In this document: positions 16,049 to 22,679 of the stretch, one piece after another
Numbering within the stretch: the stretch's first letter is position 1
How the letters are laid out: each line of letters opens with the position of its first letter
Source: a virus
Virus record (IMG/VR): IMGVR_UViG_3300045988_106014
Strand: one strand, 5' to 3'
Length of the DNA: 35,938 nt
Notes under the pieces: generated by a model
The model's input: the letters and a program-made list of their open reading frames with translations, nothing else
Told to the model about the DNA's origin: nothing
The model's database searches: none
Program-made: the position numbers and the translations under genes

Positions 16049-17296
16049 TCACGTTTGGTAATCCTCAATAGACATTTGACCGGGTAGCTGGCCGGGTTCG
16101 TTTTCCCATTCCACGCCGATGTAGTCGAGTACGCGGCCCCATCCATACCAGTCACCATTTTCGTCACGACAAACATGGCGCATCCAGAATTCCCATTCTT
16201 TGGGGTTTGCGCTGCGCAGGCGATCAAACCGGTTTGGGCGCTGTTCCAGATGGATGCCGAAACCGCACATCGTACAGCCTGTGCGCTGCGCAAGGGTGGT
16301 GCACAGCGTTCCGTCCTTGTCTCGGACAATCTCGCCATATTCCGCCGGGATGGGAACATTCAAATCAAGGGCCAGTTGCAAAATGTCTTGCCTGCTGAAT
16401 ATGGCGAACGGTGCGCTTCGGATGGTGCTCTTACCGTAGTAATTGCACCCGTGCATCATAAGGCTTTTTTCTCTGCGTCCGCCCTCGGATGCCATCAAGC
16501 CAAGATACGGAACGCTGTTGTGCTCCTTGGCCCAATCGTCGCAAGGCTTTTCTTTGAGATAATAGCAGCAGCGTTCGGACACCTTGAACGGGGCAGCTTC
16601 ATATCCCAGGGCCGCGCCCTCTGCATCTGCACCGCCGAACTTTTCAAGCCATCTTTGGCTTAGTTCCATTCGGCTGTTTTTCTGAAATCCACCATATTCG
16701 CCTGTTTCGCCCGTAATGATTGCATGGCGAACAGTGGCGTTTTTTGGTGTCGGGTTTTGTAACAGACTGATCTTGCCTGCAATCTCTTTGCTAAGCACGG
16801 GCCAGCCCAATTCTTCAATGACTTTGGTTTTCGGTTTCAGAGGTTTCAAGAAATACATGCGGGGTACGGGCGGGCAGGCATCGTGCAGGGCCTGTTCCTG
16901 CGCTCTGGTATCTGGGTCTGTGATGGTGTCGATCTCATCCTGCGGCAGGGCCATGTGCGCGCCCAGCCATTCCCGCGCCGAGTAGGTGTTTTCCATTTCG
17001 GCGGCAATCTGCTTGTGTACAGCCTGCACGCCTTTCTGTTCTAGGGAAGAACAACTGACACAGGGAACATGTACGCCGCACATTTCAAGGAAGTAATGCA
17101 GGGTGATGGAATCCAAACCACCAACTGATACGTGACAGTTCAGGCCCATTTCGCTGCATTTGTCCTGATAACTGCGGGCGACATTTTCCGCATGGCGAAT
17201 TTTCTGTTTGTAGGTGTAGTTTTCCTGCATATAGCGGAAATTGTGAATATTGGCTTTTGCGCCGGTTTCCTGCATGATCTGCTGTACTGTTTTCAT
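16049..17296 (-). CDS. PAPS-reductase-superfamily PP-loop protein (IbrA/DndC-like)
   Basis: 415 aa; PP-loop SVGGLDS near residue 57. Confidence 0.8.
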   Translation of the reverse strand: MKTVQQIMQETGAKANIHNFRYMQENYTYKQKIRHAENVARSYQDKCSEMGLNCHVSVGGLDSITLHYFLEMCGVHVPCVSCSSLEQKGVQAVHKQIAAEMENTYSAREWLGAHMALPQDEIDTITDPDTRAQEQALHDACPPVPRMYFLKPLKPKTKVIEELGWPVLSKEIAGKISLLQNPTPKNATVRHAIITGETGEYGGFQKNSRMELSQRWLEKFGGADAEGAALGYEAAPFKVSERCCYYLKEKPCDDWAKEHNSVPYLGLMASEGGRREKSLMMHGCNYYGKSTIRSAPFAIFSRQDILQLALDLNVPIPAEYGEIVRDKDGTLCTTLAQRTGCTMCGFGIHLEQRPNRFDRLRSANPKEWEFWMRHVCRDENGDWYGWGRVLDYIGVEWENEPGQLPGQMSIEDYQT

Positions 17297-17754
17297 GGCT
17301 GGTATTGCGGTTTGTACCGCCCCTCCAAGTAATCCGTGATGACTGCGGCGGCAGCTTCCCAGCCCTTGCAGACTTCCACGGCATAACCGGCATCACGCAA
17401 GCGGGCAATCCACTGCTTCTGTGCAGCTGATACCGTACCGCCGCGCAGACGCTTCAATTCGATGTACAGGCCGTTGTACTTGGTGCGGATAATGGTATAC
17501 TGGCCGCGATCAACGGAATCTATCTTCTGAACGCCGACAGGCAGGAAGATGTCCGGCACGCCGGATTTCACACCCATTGCGCGGAAGCGGCCCGCTTCGG
17601 CTTTCCCACGCTTGCCGCCGTTTGGGATATGGTACATAAGGGAAAGTTCTGGATATTTGCCGCTTTGGGCATCGGCCCAGCGGAACAGGCACATTTGCTC
17701 TACATCTTCGGTAGGCGGCGGCATGGTGTATTTAATATCCGCCATTGAATGCAC
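17293..17754 (-). CDS. VRR-NUC domain nuclease
   Basis: PD-(D/E)xK elements VPDIFL and YIELK; GTVSAAQKQWI. Confidence 0.75.
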   Translation of the reverse strand: MHSMADIKYTMPPPTEDVEQMCLFRWADAQSGKYPELSLMYHIPNGGKRGKAEAGRFRAMGVKSGVPDIFLPVGVQKIDSVDRGQYTIIRTKYNGLYIELKRLRGGTVSAAQKQWIARLRDAGYAVEVCKGWEAAAAVITDYLEGRYKPQYQP

Positions 17755-18610
17755 GTCCTTTCTTTGTGGCAGGCGGCAGCGCGGCGTAATGATCGCGCGG
17801 GGCGCTGTCTGCCGGGGTTGTAATCAGTCTGTCGAACATAGGCCCGAAAAGCTGTGCAGGCGGCGGGAACGGTGCATCATTGTCTGCGGCCATACCGATG
17901 ACGGCTTTCACGTCCTTTTCTGTGTAGCCACGGTCAAACAAGCTGTACACCTGTTTTCTTGTCTGCTTATCGCCCTGCATATTGATACCAGTAAATGCTT
18001 GCAGCAAGGCCATAATACGGGTACAGCTTTCACGCCTGTTTTCAACAGACTTTTCAACAGCCGATTTCTGGGGAAGATTATGTTGGGGGTTTATTTCATT
18101 TTGTCTAATATAATCTTCTGTGCAGAAACTCGGTTTCTGTTGTTTGTTATTTGGGTTTTTGTATGCGGTTTCTCCGTTTTTGTGTACGAAAACTAAACCG
18201 GCGCGGGGTGTAACCTCTAAAAGCCAGTATTCAACAATAATCGGTATTTCGCCTGTACGCCGTGCGATGCCGTCCAGATAGCGGCTTTGTATCGCCCGAG
18301 AAGTTAATATTCCGTCCGTTGTAAATAAGGCTTTGTCGAAAAGTCCTAAAGACACGCACAGATCAACGATTGCCCGAACTTGGGTTGACTTCAACCCGCC
18401 GCCCAGCTTGCGCGCTGTCGATGCGGCGTTGTCATATCCCCAGCGGTAGAAATAACCATCGGTGGCGTAGGCTTTTTGGCACAGGGCAAAGTAGACATAA
18501 AAGCCCGCCGGGCCTTGTGCATCAATCAAGTTGTCAATAGAGGTGTCGTTTTCGAGAACATCCACATCCCACGTCGAATAGTTCAGATTCCGCTTCGGCG
18601 GTCTGCCCAT
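17732..18610 (-). CDS. replication organiser/initiator (DUF4373-like N-terminus, phage conserved C-terminus)
   Basis: 292 aa; WDVDVLENDTSIDNLIDAQGPAGFYVYFALCQKAY...; C-terminus FDRGYTEKDVKAVI. Confidence 0.65.
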   Translation of the reverse strand: MGRPPKRNLNYSTWDVDVLENDTSIDNLIDAQGPAGFYVYFALCQKAYATDGYFYRWGYDNAASTARKLGGGLKSTQVRAIVDLCVSLGLFDKALFTTDGILTSRAIQSRYLDGIARRTGEIPIIVEYWLLEVTPRAGLVFVHKNGETAYKNPNNKQQKPSFCTEDYIRQNEINPQHNLPQKSAVEKSVENRRESCTRIMALLQAFTGINMQGDKQTRKQVYSLFDRGYTEKDVKAVIGMAADNDAPFPPPAQLFGPMFDRLITTPADSAPRDHYAALPPATKKGRAFNGGY

Positions 18611-18634
18611 TCGTAATACCTCCGTGTGTGGATG

Positions 18635-18991
18635 TTACCCGCAAAACGTGCCGTCAGCGTCGTACAGCGCGGGATTCGCGCGGCGGTCACTCCATCCGTA
18701 CTTGATGCCAGCTTCAACAGCAGCGGCCTGCGCGGGCGCAGCCGTGCCGTAACACTGATTCATGGTGCGACATACCGTGTGACGAATTGCCAGTAGTGCG
18801 GCATCCTCTGCATCCACTGCGCAGAGCGGCGCACCTTTCACGCAATAGTAGGTATTGTCACCGGGGTAGACCTTGGCGGGCCGTCCGCAGTCGTATGGGT
18901 TGGGAACATAGGCGAACATCGGCATTCCGGGAAACACGCTGGGGAACATATCGCCGATGCAGGCTTTCGGGGTTTTGGTGGTAGTGTCCAT
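18635..18991 (-). CDS. hypothetical protein
   Basis: 118-aa ORF; AGGAGG SD upstream of ATG 18991. Confidence 0.55.
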   Translation of the reverse strand: MDTTTKTPKACIGDMFPSVFPGMPMFAYVPNPYDCGRPAKVYPGDNTYYCVKGAPLCAVDAEDAALLAIRHTVCRTMNQCYGTAAPAQAAAVEAGIKYGWSDRRANPALYDADGTFCG

Positions 18992-19112
18992 CTTTCAATC
19001 CTCCTGTTTGGTTTTTCTTCCTGCCTTTGCTTCATGCGGCGTTTGGCAGTTCATATAATGCCGGTCTTTCCCGGCTGTCAGCTAAGGAAAAGTATGGAGA
19101 GAAAAAGGGGCA

Positions 19113-19207
19113 GCGGGCTGTCAGAATCGAACTGACCGATGCTGTGAAATCTGCGCCAGCACCCGCACATGTACCCGGCAGGCGCGAACAGGTTTGCCCG
19201 CCGGGGG
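19113..19207 (-). ncRNA. tRNA-like structured element B (10-bp 5' hairpin, acceptor-like stem GCGGGT/GCCCGC, central hairpin TGCTG-N12-CAGCA, perfect T-arm GTCAG-TTCGATT-CTGAC)
   Basis: Minus-strand reading CCCCCGGCGGGCAAACCTGTTCGCGCCTGCCGGGTACATGTGCGGGTGCTGGCGCAGATTTCACAGCATCGGTCAGTTCGATTCTGACAGCCCGC, in a 375-bp gap. Shares CCCGGCGGGCAA and overall architecture with element A. Confidence 0.55.
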
Positions 19208-19365
19208 ATATGGGAAAATCCCACTTAGGTGTCCGGCACCTCTGCGCGGCAGATCAGCGGCCCGCGCAGTGCCCGTTCAGTCGTTCGTACCCCTTTCTGC
19301 AAGATGCGTCCGACTGCTGGTAGCGGTCAGTTCTGCGCCGATACCGCCAAACGCGCATAGAGTTG

Positions 19366-19830
19366 TTATTGATGACACATTTCTTCACACCGCTTATAGC
19401 CTATGTCGTTCCGCAGCATGTCCGCATTTGTGACGGCCTGCGAAAGAATGCAGATTCGTGTGCAACCAGAAATCTGAATTTTATGGGACGAAAAGCCGTT
19501 CTTATAGTGCAGCACCATCCAACTGCCGCCGCCAGCCGTGCAGTTATAACCTTCCGAAACAGAATATTCCAACTTCTCAAATTCCGGCATACTGATGCGC
19601 AGCATTTCCGAAATACTGCGCATGAAGTTTTTAGTCGGCGGGCATCCGTGGCGGATGGCGGTGACAGCTTCAACAGCTGACGGCGGCATGATCTTTGCGG
19701 CGCGGTCTGCCTGTTCGGCTATGATGGTGAACAAATCGGCAAGGGCCTGCGTCTTGACGGTAAGGGCATCTATTTTTTCGTTAGCTTCGTCAGTGTTCAG
19801 CGTGACGGCAATTTCGAAATCTTTATTCAT
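19366..19830 (-). CDS. hypothetical protein
   Basis: Start at ATG 19830, overlapping the stop of the upstream gene (ATGA): MNKDFEIAVTLNTDEANEK... Confidence 0.5.
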   Translation of the reverse strand: MNKDFEIAVTLNTDEANEKIDALTVKTQALADLFTIIAEQADRAAKIMPPSAVEAVTAIRHGCPPTKNFMRSISEMLRISMPEFEKLEYSVSEGYNCTAGGGSWMVLHYKNGFSSHKIQISGCTRICILSQAVTNADMLRNDIGYKRCEEMCHQ

Positions 19831-20090
19831 TCTGTTCCTTTCTTTGCACCCGCCAGGGAACGGCCACGGCGCTTGATGTTCTGATCGACAGTCTGCTGTG
19901 CCTTGGCGGCGCTGTACGCGCGGCATCCCTTGGGATTGAACGCGCCTGTATAGCCGCGTGCCAACTCTCTATATAGAGTAGCAAGGGAAACGTCCACCGC
20001 CGCCGCGATGGTCGGCAGTGGCGTTCCAGCGTCGTATAAAGTCGCAATAAGCTGTCGATCTTTTTGGGTGATTACCTTGTACTTCCGCAT
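19827..20090 (-). CDS. standalone IS30-type N-terminal HTH protein (regulator candidate)
   Basis: 87 aa. ITQKDRQLIATLYDAGTPLPTIAAAVDVSLATLYRELARG aligns position-for-position with LTYTDRLRIEKWLKDGYTYRQIADKLRVHISTIYREIKKG of the adjacent transposase. Confidence 0.6.
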   Translation of the reverse strand: MRKYKVITQKDRQLIATLYDAGTPLPTIAAAVDVSLATLYRELARGYTGAFNPKGCRAYSAAKAQQTVDQNIKRRGRSLAGAKKGTE

Positions 20091-20111
20091 TGAAATTTCC
20101 TAAAGTTCCAT

Positions 20112-20153
20112 ATATAAAAATGATGCGAAAGAGCGTTTAATCTCTTTCGCATC
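20112..20153 (-). terminator. rho-independent terminator downstream of the transposase gene
   Basis: Perfect 12-bp stem GATGCGAAAGAG/CTCTTTCGCATC (20122-20133 / 20142-20153) with an 8-nt loop, followed on the minus strand by ATTTTTATATA. Confidence 0.7.
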
Positions 20154-20154
20154 T

Positions 20155-21296
20155 ATTGTACCAGTCGCCGACCGCGGAGTCAATAGGTTTACGCAAAAAA
20201 GATGAAATTTAATTTTGTTGCATAGCGGAAAGGCATTCTTTGAAAGCCATGTCGGCGGTTTTGTAGCCTAGGATTTTGCGGGGGAAGCTGTTCATCCATG
20301 ATTCTACTTGTCGGACGGTGTAGGATGTTACTTTGGCAAAGTTCGTCCCTTTCGGAAACTGGCGGCGAATCATGCGGTTAAGATTTTCATTTGACCCGCG
20401 TTCCCAACTGCTGTACGGATGGCAATAGTAAATATGCGTGCGATTGCCCTTGCAGGCGATTGATTTTAGCATTCCTTCAAGGTCAGAAAATTCAACGCCG
20501 TTGTCTACGGTGATAGATTTAAAGATTTCGCGGAAAGCCGCACCGAAGCGCCGTTCAAGCCGATTCAAGGCCCGGACGGTGCTTTTTGCTGTCCTGTCCT
20601 GCATCAAGACTATAATTTCCTTGCGTGTCTTACGCTCGGTCAGCACAAGCAGGCAGCGGCGCGTGCTGTTTTTTGATGAATAGACGGTGTCCATTTCCCA
20701 GTGTCCGAACTCGTCGCGGGTGTCGATACTTTCGGGGCGGTTGTCGATGATCTCGCCAACAGGCGGGCGGGATGCCTTGCGTACCTTGTGATGCTTTTTG
20801 CCACGGCGGGCTTTTTCTGGCAAATCCTCGTTTGTCAGATTCAAAAACACGCCTTTTTCAATGTAGCTGTAAATCGTTTCGGCGCATACGGATGTTTTAA
20901 ACGTGCGTCCTTCCAGCGCGGCGCAGGCCAGCGCGGCAGCGGGCGAACATTTCTTAGTCAAGATCGTATTTTCTATGTAGGCGGCAAGCTCGTGATCTTT
21001 ACCGATTTTCAATTCTGCACCCTTGGCGCGAAGATTGTCTTGATAGTACTTTTCGGCAATGTCGGGGCTGTATGCGGCCTTATATTCGTATGTCCTGTAG
21101 TCTAAACGCTGGTACTCGCCCTTTTTGATTTCGCGGTAGATGGTGCTGATATGCACGCGCAGTTTGTCCGCAATCTGACGGTAGGTATAGCCGTCTTTCA
21201 GCCATTTTTCAATACGCAGACGATCAGTGTAGGTCAGATGTTTATACGCGCGTGCCATGGTTCAAGCCTCCCGTATGTGCCCACCGGGGCAGTATA
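20155..21296 (-). mobile_element. IS30-family element (boundaries approximate; inverted repeats not resolved)
   Basis: Single DDE transposase ORF with lower GC than its flanks (spot counts 40-48% against mid-50s). Bounded by the stop of ORF 21297..21455 and the terminator/HTH gene. Confidence 0.4.
20209..21258 (-). CDS. IS30-family DDE transposase
   Basis: 349 aa; HTH ...STIYREIKKGEY; catalytic region HWEMDTV ... TVDNGVEF ... ERGSNENLNRMIRR. Confidence 0.9.
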   Translation of the reverse strand: MARAYKHLTYTDRLRIEKWLKDGYTYRQIADKLRVHISTIYREIKKGEYQRLDYRTYEYKAAYSPDIAEKYYQDNLRAKGAELKIGKDHELAAYIENTILTKKCSPAAALACAALEGRTFKTSVCAETIYSYIEKGVFLNLTNEDLPEKARRGKKHHKVRKASRPPVGEIIDNRPESIDTRDEFGHWEMDTVYSSKNSTRRCLLVLTERKTRKEIIVLMQDRTAKSTVRALNRLERRFGAAFREIFKSITVDNGVEFSDLEGMLKSIACKGNRTHIYYCHPYSSWERGSNENLNRMIRRQFPKGTNFAKVTSYTVRQVESWMNSFPRKILGYKTADMAFKECLSAMQQN

Positions 21297-21455
21297 TCAA
21301 CAGTTTTCAGCGCCTTGTGCAAGAGCAAGCAAAAATTCAAGCTGGCGGACTGACATTGCAGGACGGCCACAAAAGCCACGTGCGCATTCATGTGCGCAGG
21401 CATCCGCCAGCCATTCGGCTACAGTGTACCCATCAAGAAATATAGGATTTTTCAT
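21297..21455 (-). CDS. small hypothetical protein (52 aa)
   Basis: ATG 21455 with GGGAGGG 8 nt upstream: MKNPIFLDGYTVAEWLADACAHECARGF... Confidence 0.45.
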   Translation of the reverse strand: MKNPIFLDGYTVAEWLADACAHECARGFCGRPAMSVRQLEFLLALAQGAENC

Positions 21456-21476
21456 AGCACAGGCCCTCCCACGGCC

Positions 21477-21505
21477 TTGATTTTTCCCGCCAAACCGATT
21501 ATAAT
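21477..21505 (+). promoter_or_regulatory. near-consensus plus-strand promoter TTGATT-17 nt-TATAAT
   Basis: TTGATT 21477-21482, 17-nt spacer, TATAAT 21500-21505. No plus-strand ORF follows. Confidence 0.5.
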
Positions 21506-21511
21506 AAAAAA

Positions 21512-21597
21512 TAAGCAAGGGGCGGTTGTAGTCTCTTAGCGGTTAAAGGTTAGATGGTTACTTTTGAAGGGGTCTCCATCTGGCCTTTTTGTTTTTT
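21512..21597 (+). ncRNA. candidate ~85-nt antisense sRNA (promoter to intrinsic terminator)
   Basis: Starts about 7 nt after the TATAAT. Terminator stem GGTTAGATGG/CCATCTGGCC (21548-21557 / 21576-21585, two G.U pairs) followed by TTTTTGTTTTTT. Antisense to the leftward early transcript. Confidence 0.4.
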
Positions 21598-21677
21598 AAC
21601 TGCGTCCATGCGATGTAAAGGTTGAAGTATTGCTGTTTTGATTTCGGGCTTAACTTTTCAAACTCTTTACTTTTCAT
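21558..21677 (-). CDS. possible 39-aa leader ORF of the leftward early transcript
   Basis: ATG 21677 with GAAAGGAA SD: MKSKEFEKLSPKSKQQYFNLYIAWTQLKNKKARWRPLQK. Too short for the ORF track, and its 3' end overlaps the sRNA terminator. Confidence 0.3.
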   Translation of the reverse strand: MKSKEFEKLSPKSKQQYFNLYIAWTQLKNKKARWRPLQK

Positions 21678-21720
21678 TTGGCGGTTCCTTTCTGTTTGTA
21701 CCGCCCCTTGCTATGGTTTA

Positions 21721-21749
21721 ATTATATCATGCGCATAACATAATTACAA
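21721..21749 (-). promoter_or_regulatory. leftward early promoter (TTGTAA-17 nt-TATAAT on the minus strand)
   Basis: -35 is the reverse complement of 21744-21749 and -10 the reverse complement of 21721-21726. Operator O1 lies in the spacer. Confidence 0.5.
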
Positions 21750-21808
21750 TAGTAATATTGCACAAAGATAATGCGCATTATCTGTACATGTTTTGTATTG
21801 CGCATTAC
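21725..21808. promoter_or_regulatory. three operator-like palindromes centred on ATGCGCAT (O1 21725-21740, O2 21766-21783, O3 21795-21808)
   Basis: O2 AGATAATGCGCATTATCT is a perfect 18-bp palindrome. O1 is TATCATGCGCATAACA and O3 is GTATTGCGCATTAC. The centres are 42 and 27 bp apart. Confidence 0.7.
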
Positions 21809-21826
21809 ATTCAAATGTGGTAAACT
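21798..21826 (+). promoter_or_regulatory. rightward promoter of the RHH gene (TTGCGC-17 nt-TGgTAAACT extended -10)
   Basis: The -35 overlaps O3. AAAGGAG SD lies 8 nt before ATG 21848. Confidence 0.5.
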
Positions 21827-21847
21827 ACCCTTAAAGGAGTGATTGCC

Positions 21848-22048
21848 ATGCCCGGAAAATATAACGATTATCGAAACCAGTTCCAGCGTGAAAACTATGA
21901 TCGCCTTAATGTTCCCGTTGCCAAGGGAACAGTCGCAGCGTTGAAAGAGTATGCAAAGCAAAAAGGCTATGACGGATATAGCGATTATATCCGCGCACTG
22001 ATTCTTGCAGACAGCGGCATTGATACAACACGCAAAAAAGAACAATAA
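21848..22048 (+). CDS. ribbon-helix-helix (Arc/CopG-type) repressor candidate
   Basis: 66 aa; RLNVPVAKGTVAALKEYAKQKGYDGYSDYIRALILAD fits a strand-helix-helix pattern; divergent from the early operon. Confidence 0.65.
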   Translation: MPGKYNDYRNQFQRENYDRLNVPVAKGTVAALKEYAKQKGYDGYSDYIRALILADSGIDTTRKKEQ

Positions 22049-22052
22049 ACGG

Positions 22053-22092
22053 AAACACGGCAGACCGCCCGCATGGGTTGTCTGCCGTGTTT
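22053..22092. terminator. bidirectional rho-independent terminator between convergent RHH and holin genes
   Basis: Perfect 13-bp stem AAACACGGCAGAC/GTCTGCCGTGTTT; A-rich upstream and GTTTTAG downstream. Confidence 0.75.
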
Positions 22093-22095
22093 GTT

Positions 22096-22338
22096 TTAGT
22101 CGTCGTCCACGTCGTCAGGGATGCCGTCACCGTCACTGTCGGGCACTTCCGGCAAGCCTGCAATGCTTGTCAGCAGAGACAGCAGGCCAGCAAGGGCGGA
22201 TGCACTGACAACGATACGCCAGTCAACAGCCCCCAGAACGGCGGCACTGCCGATGGTGGCAATGGCCGTTTGTGCAACGGTCTTGATCGCGCGAACGGTA
22301 GCGGCCTTTGCAAGGGCACGCAAATACTTCTTCTTCAT
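22096..22338 (-). CDS. holin (two TM segments, acidic C-terminus)
   Basis: 80 aa; RAIKTVAQTAIATIGSAAVLGAV and IVVSASALAGLLSLLTSIAGL; last gene of the lysis cassette. Confidence 0.65.
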   Translation of the reverse strand: MKKKYLRALAKAATVRAIKTVAQTAIATIGSAAVLGAVDWRIVVSASALAGLLSLLTSIAGLPEVPDSDGDGIPDDVDDD

Positions 22339-22676
22339 GTGTTCACTTCCATTTCTCCGCTATGTACGGGGAGACTTTCGCACGTTTCGACAATGTGCTT
22401 GATGGACGGGTCGCCATCTCCCAAAGCAACATAGGGGTCATAATAATTGCGCAGGGATTCCAGCCCGTAAGGCGGGATGTAGCCCTTACTTATATAGTGC
22501 AGGCCCAAATCCATGACTTGGCCGCGCAGAAGGGCTTTGACAGCGATTTTGACGTTCTTGTCCTCTGCCTTGGCTTCTTTCCTGCGGCCTGCCAGATAGC
22601 CTGCCAGAGCGCCCGCGCAGGCCGTCACAAGCGACGACAGCAGACCGGGCAGCATCTGTGCAATAATCTGTTCCAT
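22335..22676 (-). CDS. lysis-module membrane-anchored protein (holin-like/accessory)
   Basis: 113 aa; single N-terminal TM; between the endolysin and holin genes. Confidence 0.5.
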   Translation of the reverse strand: MEQIIAQMLPGLLSSLVTACAGALAGYLAGRRKEAKAEDKNVKIAVKALLRGQVMDLGLHYISKGYIPPYGLESLRNYYDPYVALGDGDPSIKHIVETCESLPVHSGEMEVNT

Positions 22677-22679
22677 CGG

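Noticed and set aside
20155-20208. Terminal inverted repeats of the IS30-family element
   Set aside because: Aligning 20151..20190 with the reverse complement of 21259..21300 gave only about 14 matches in 34, not convincing. The boundaries are therefore left approximate and no IR is reported.
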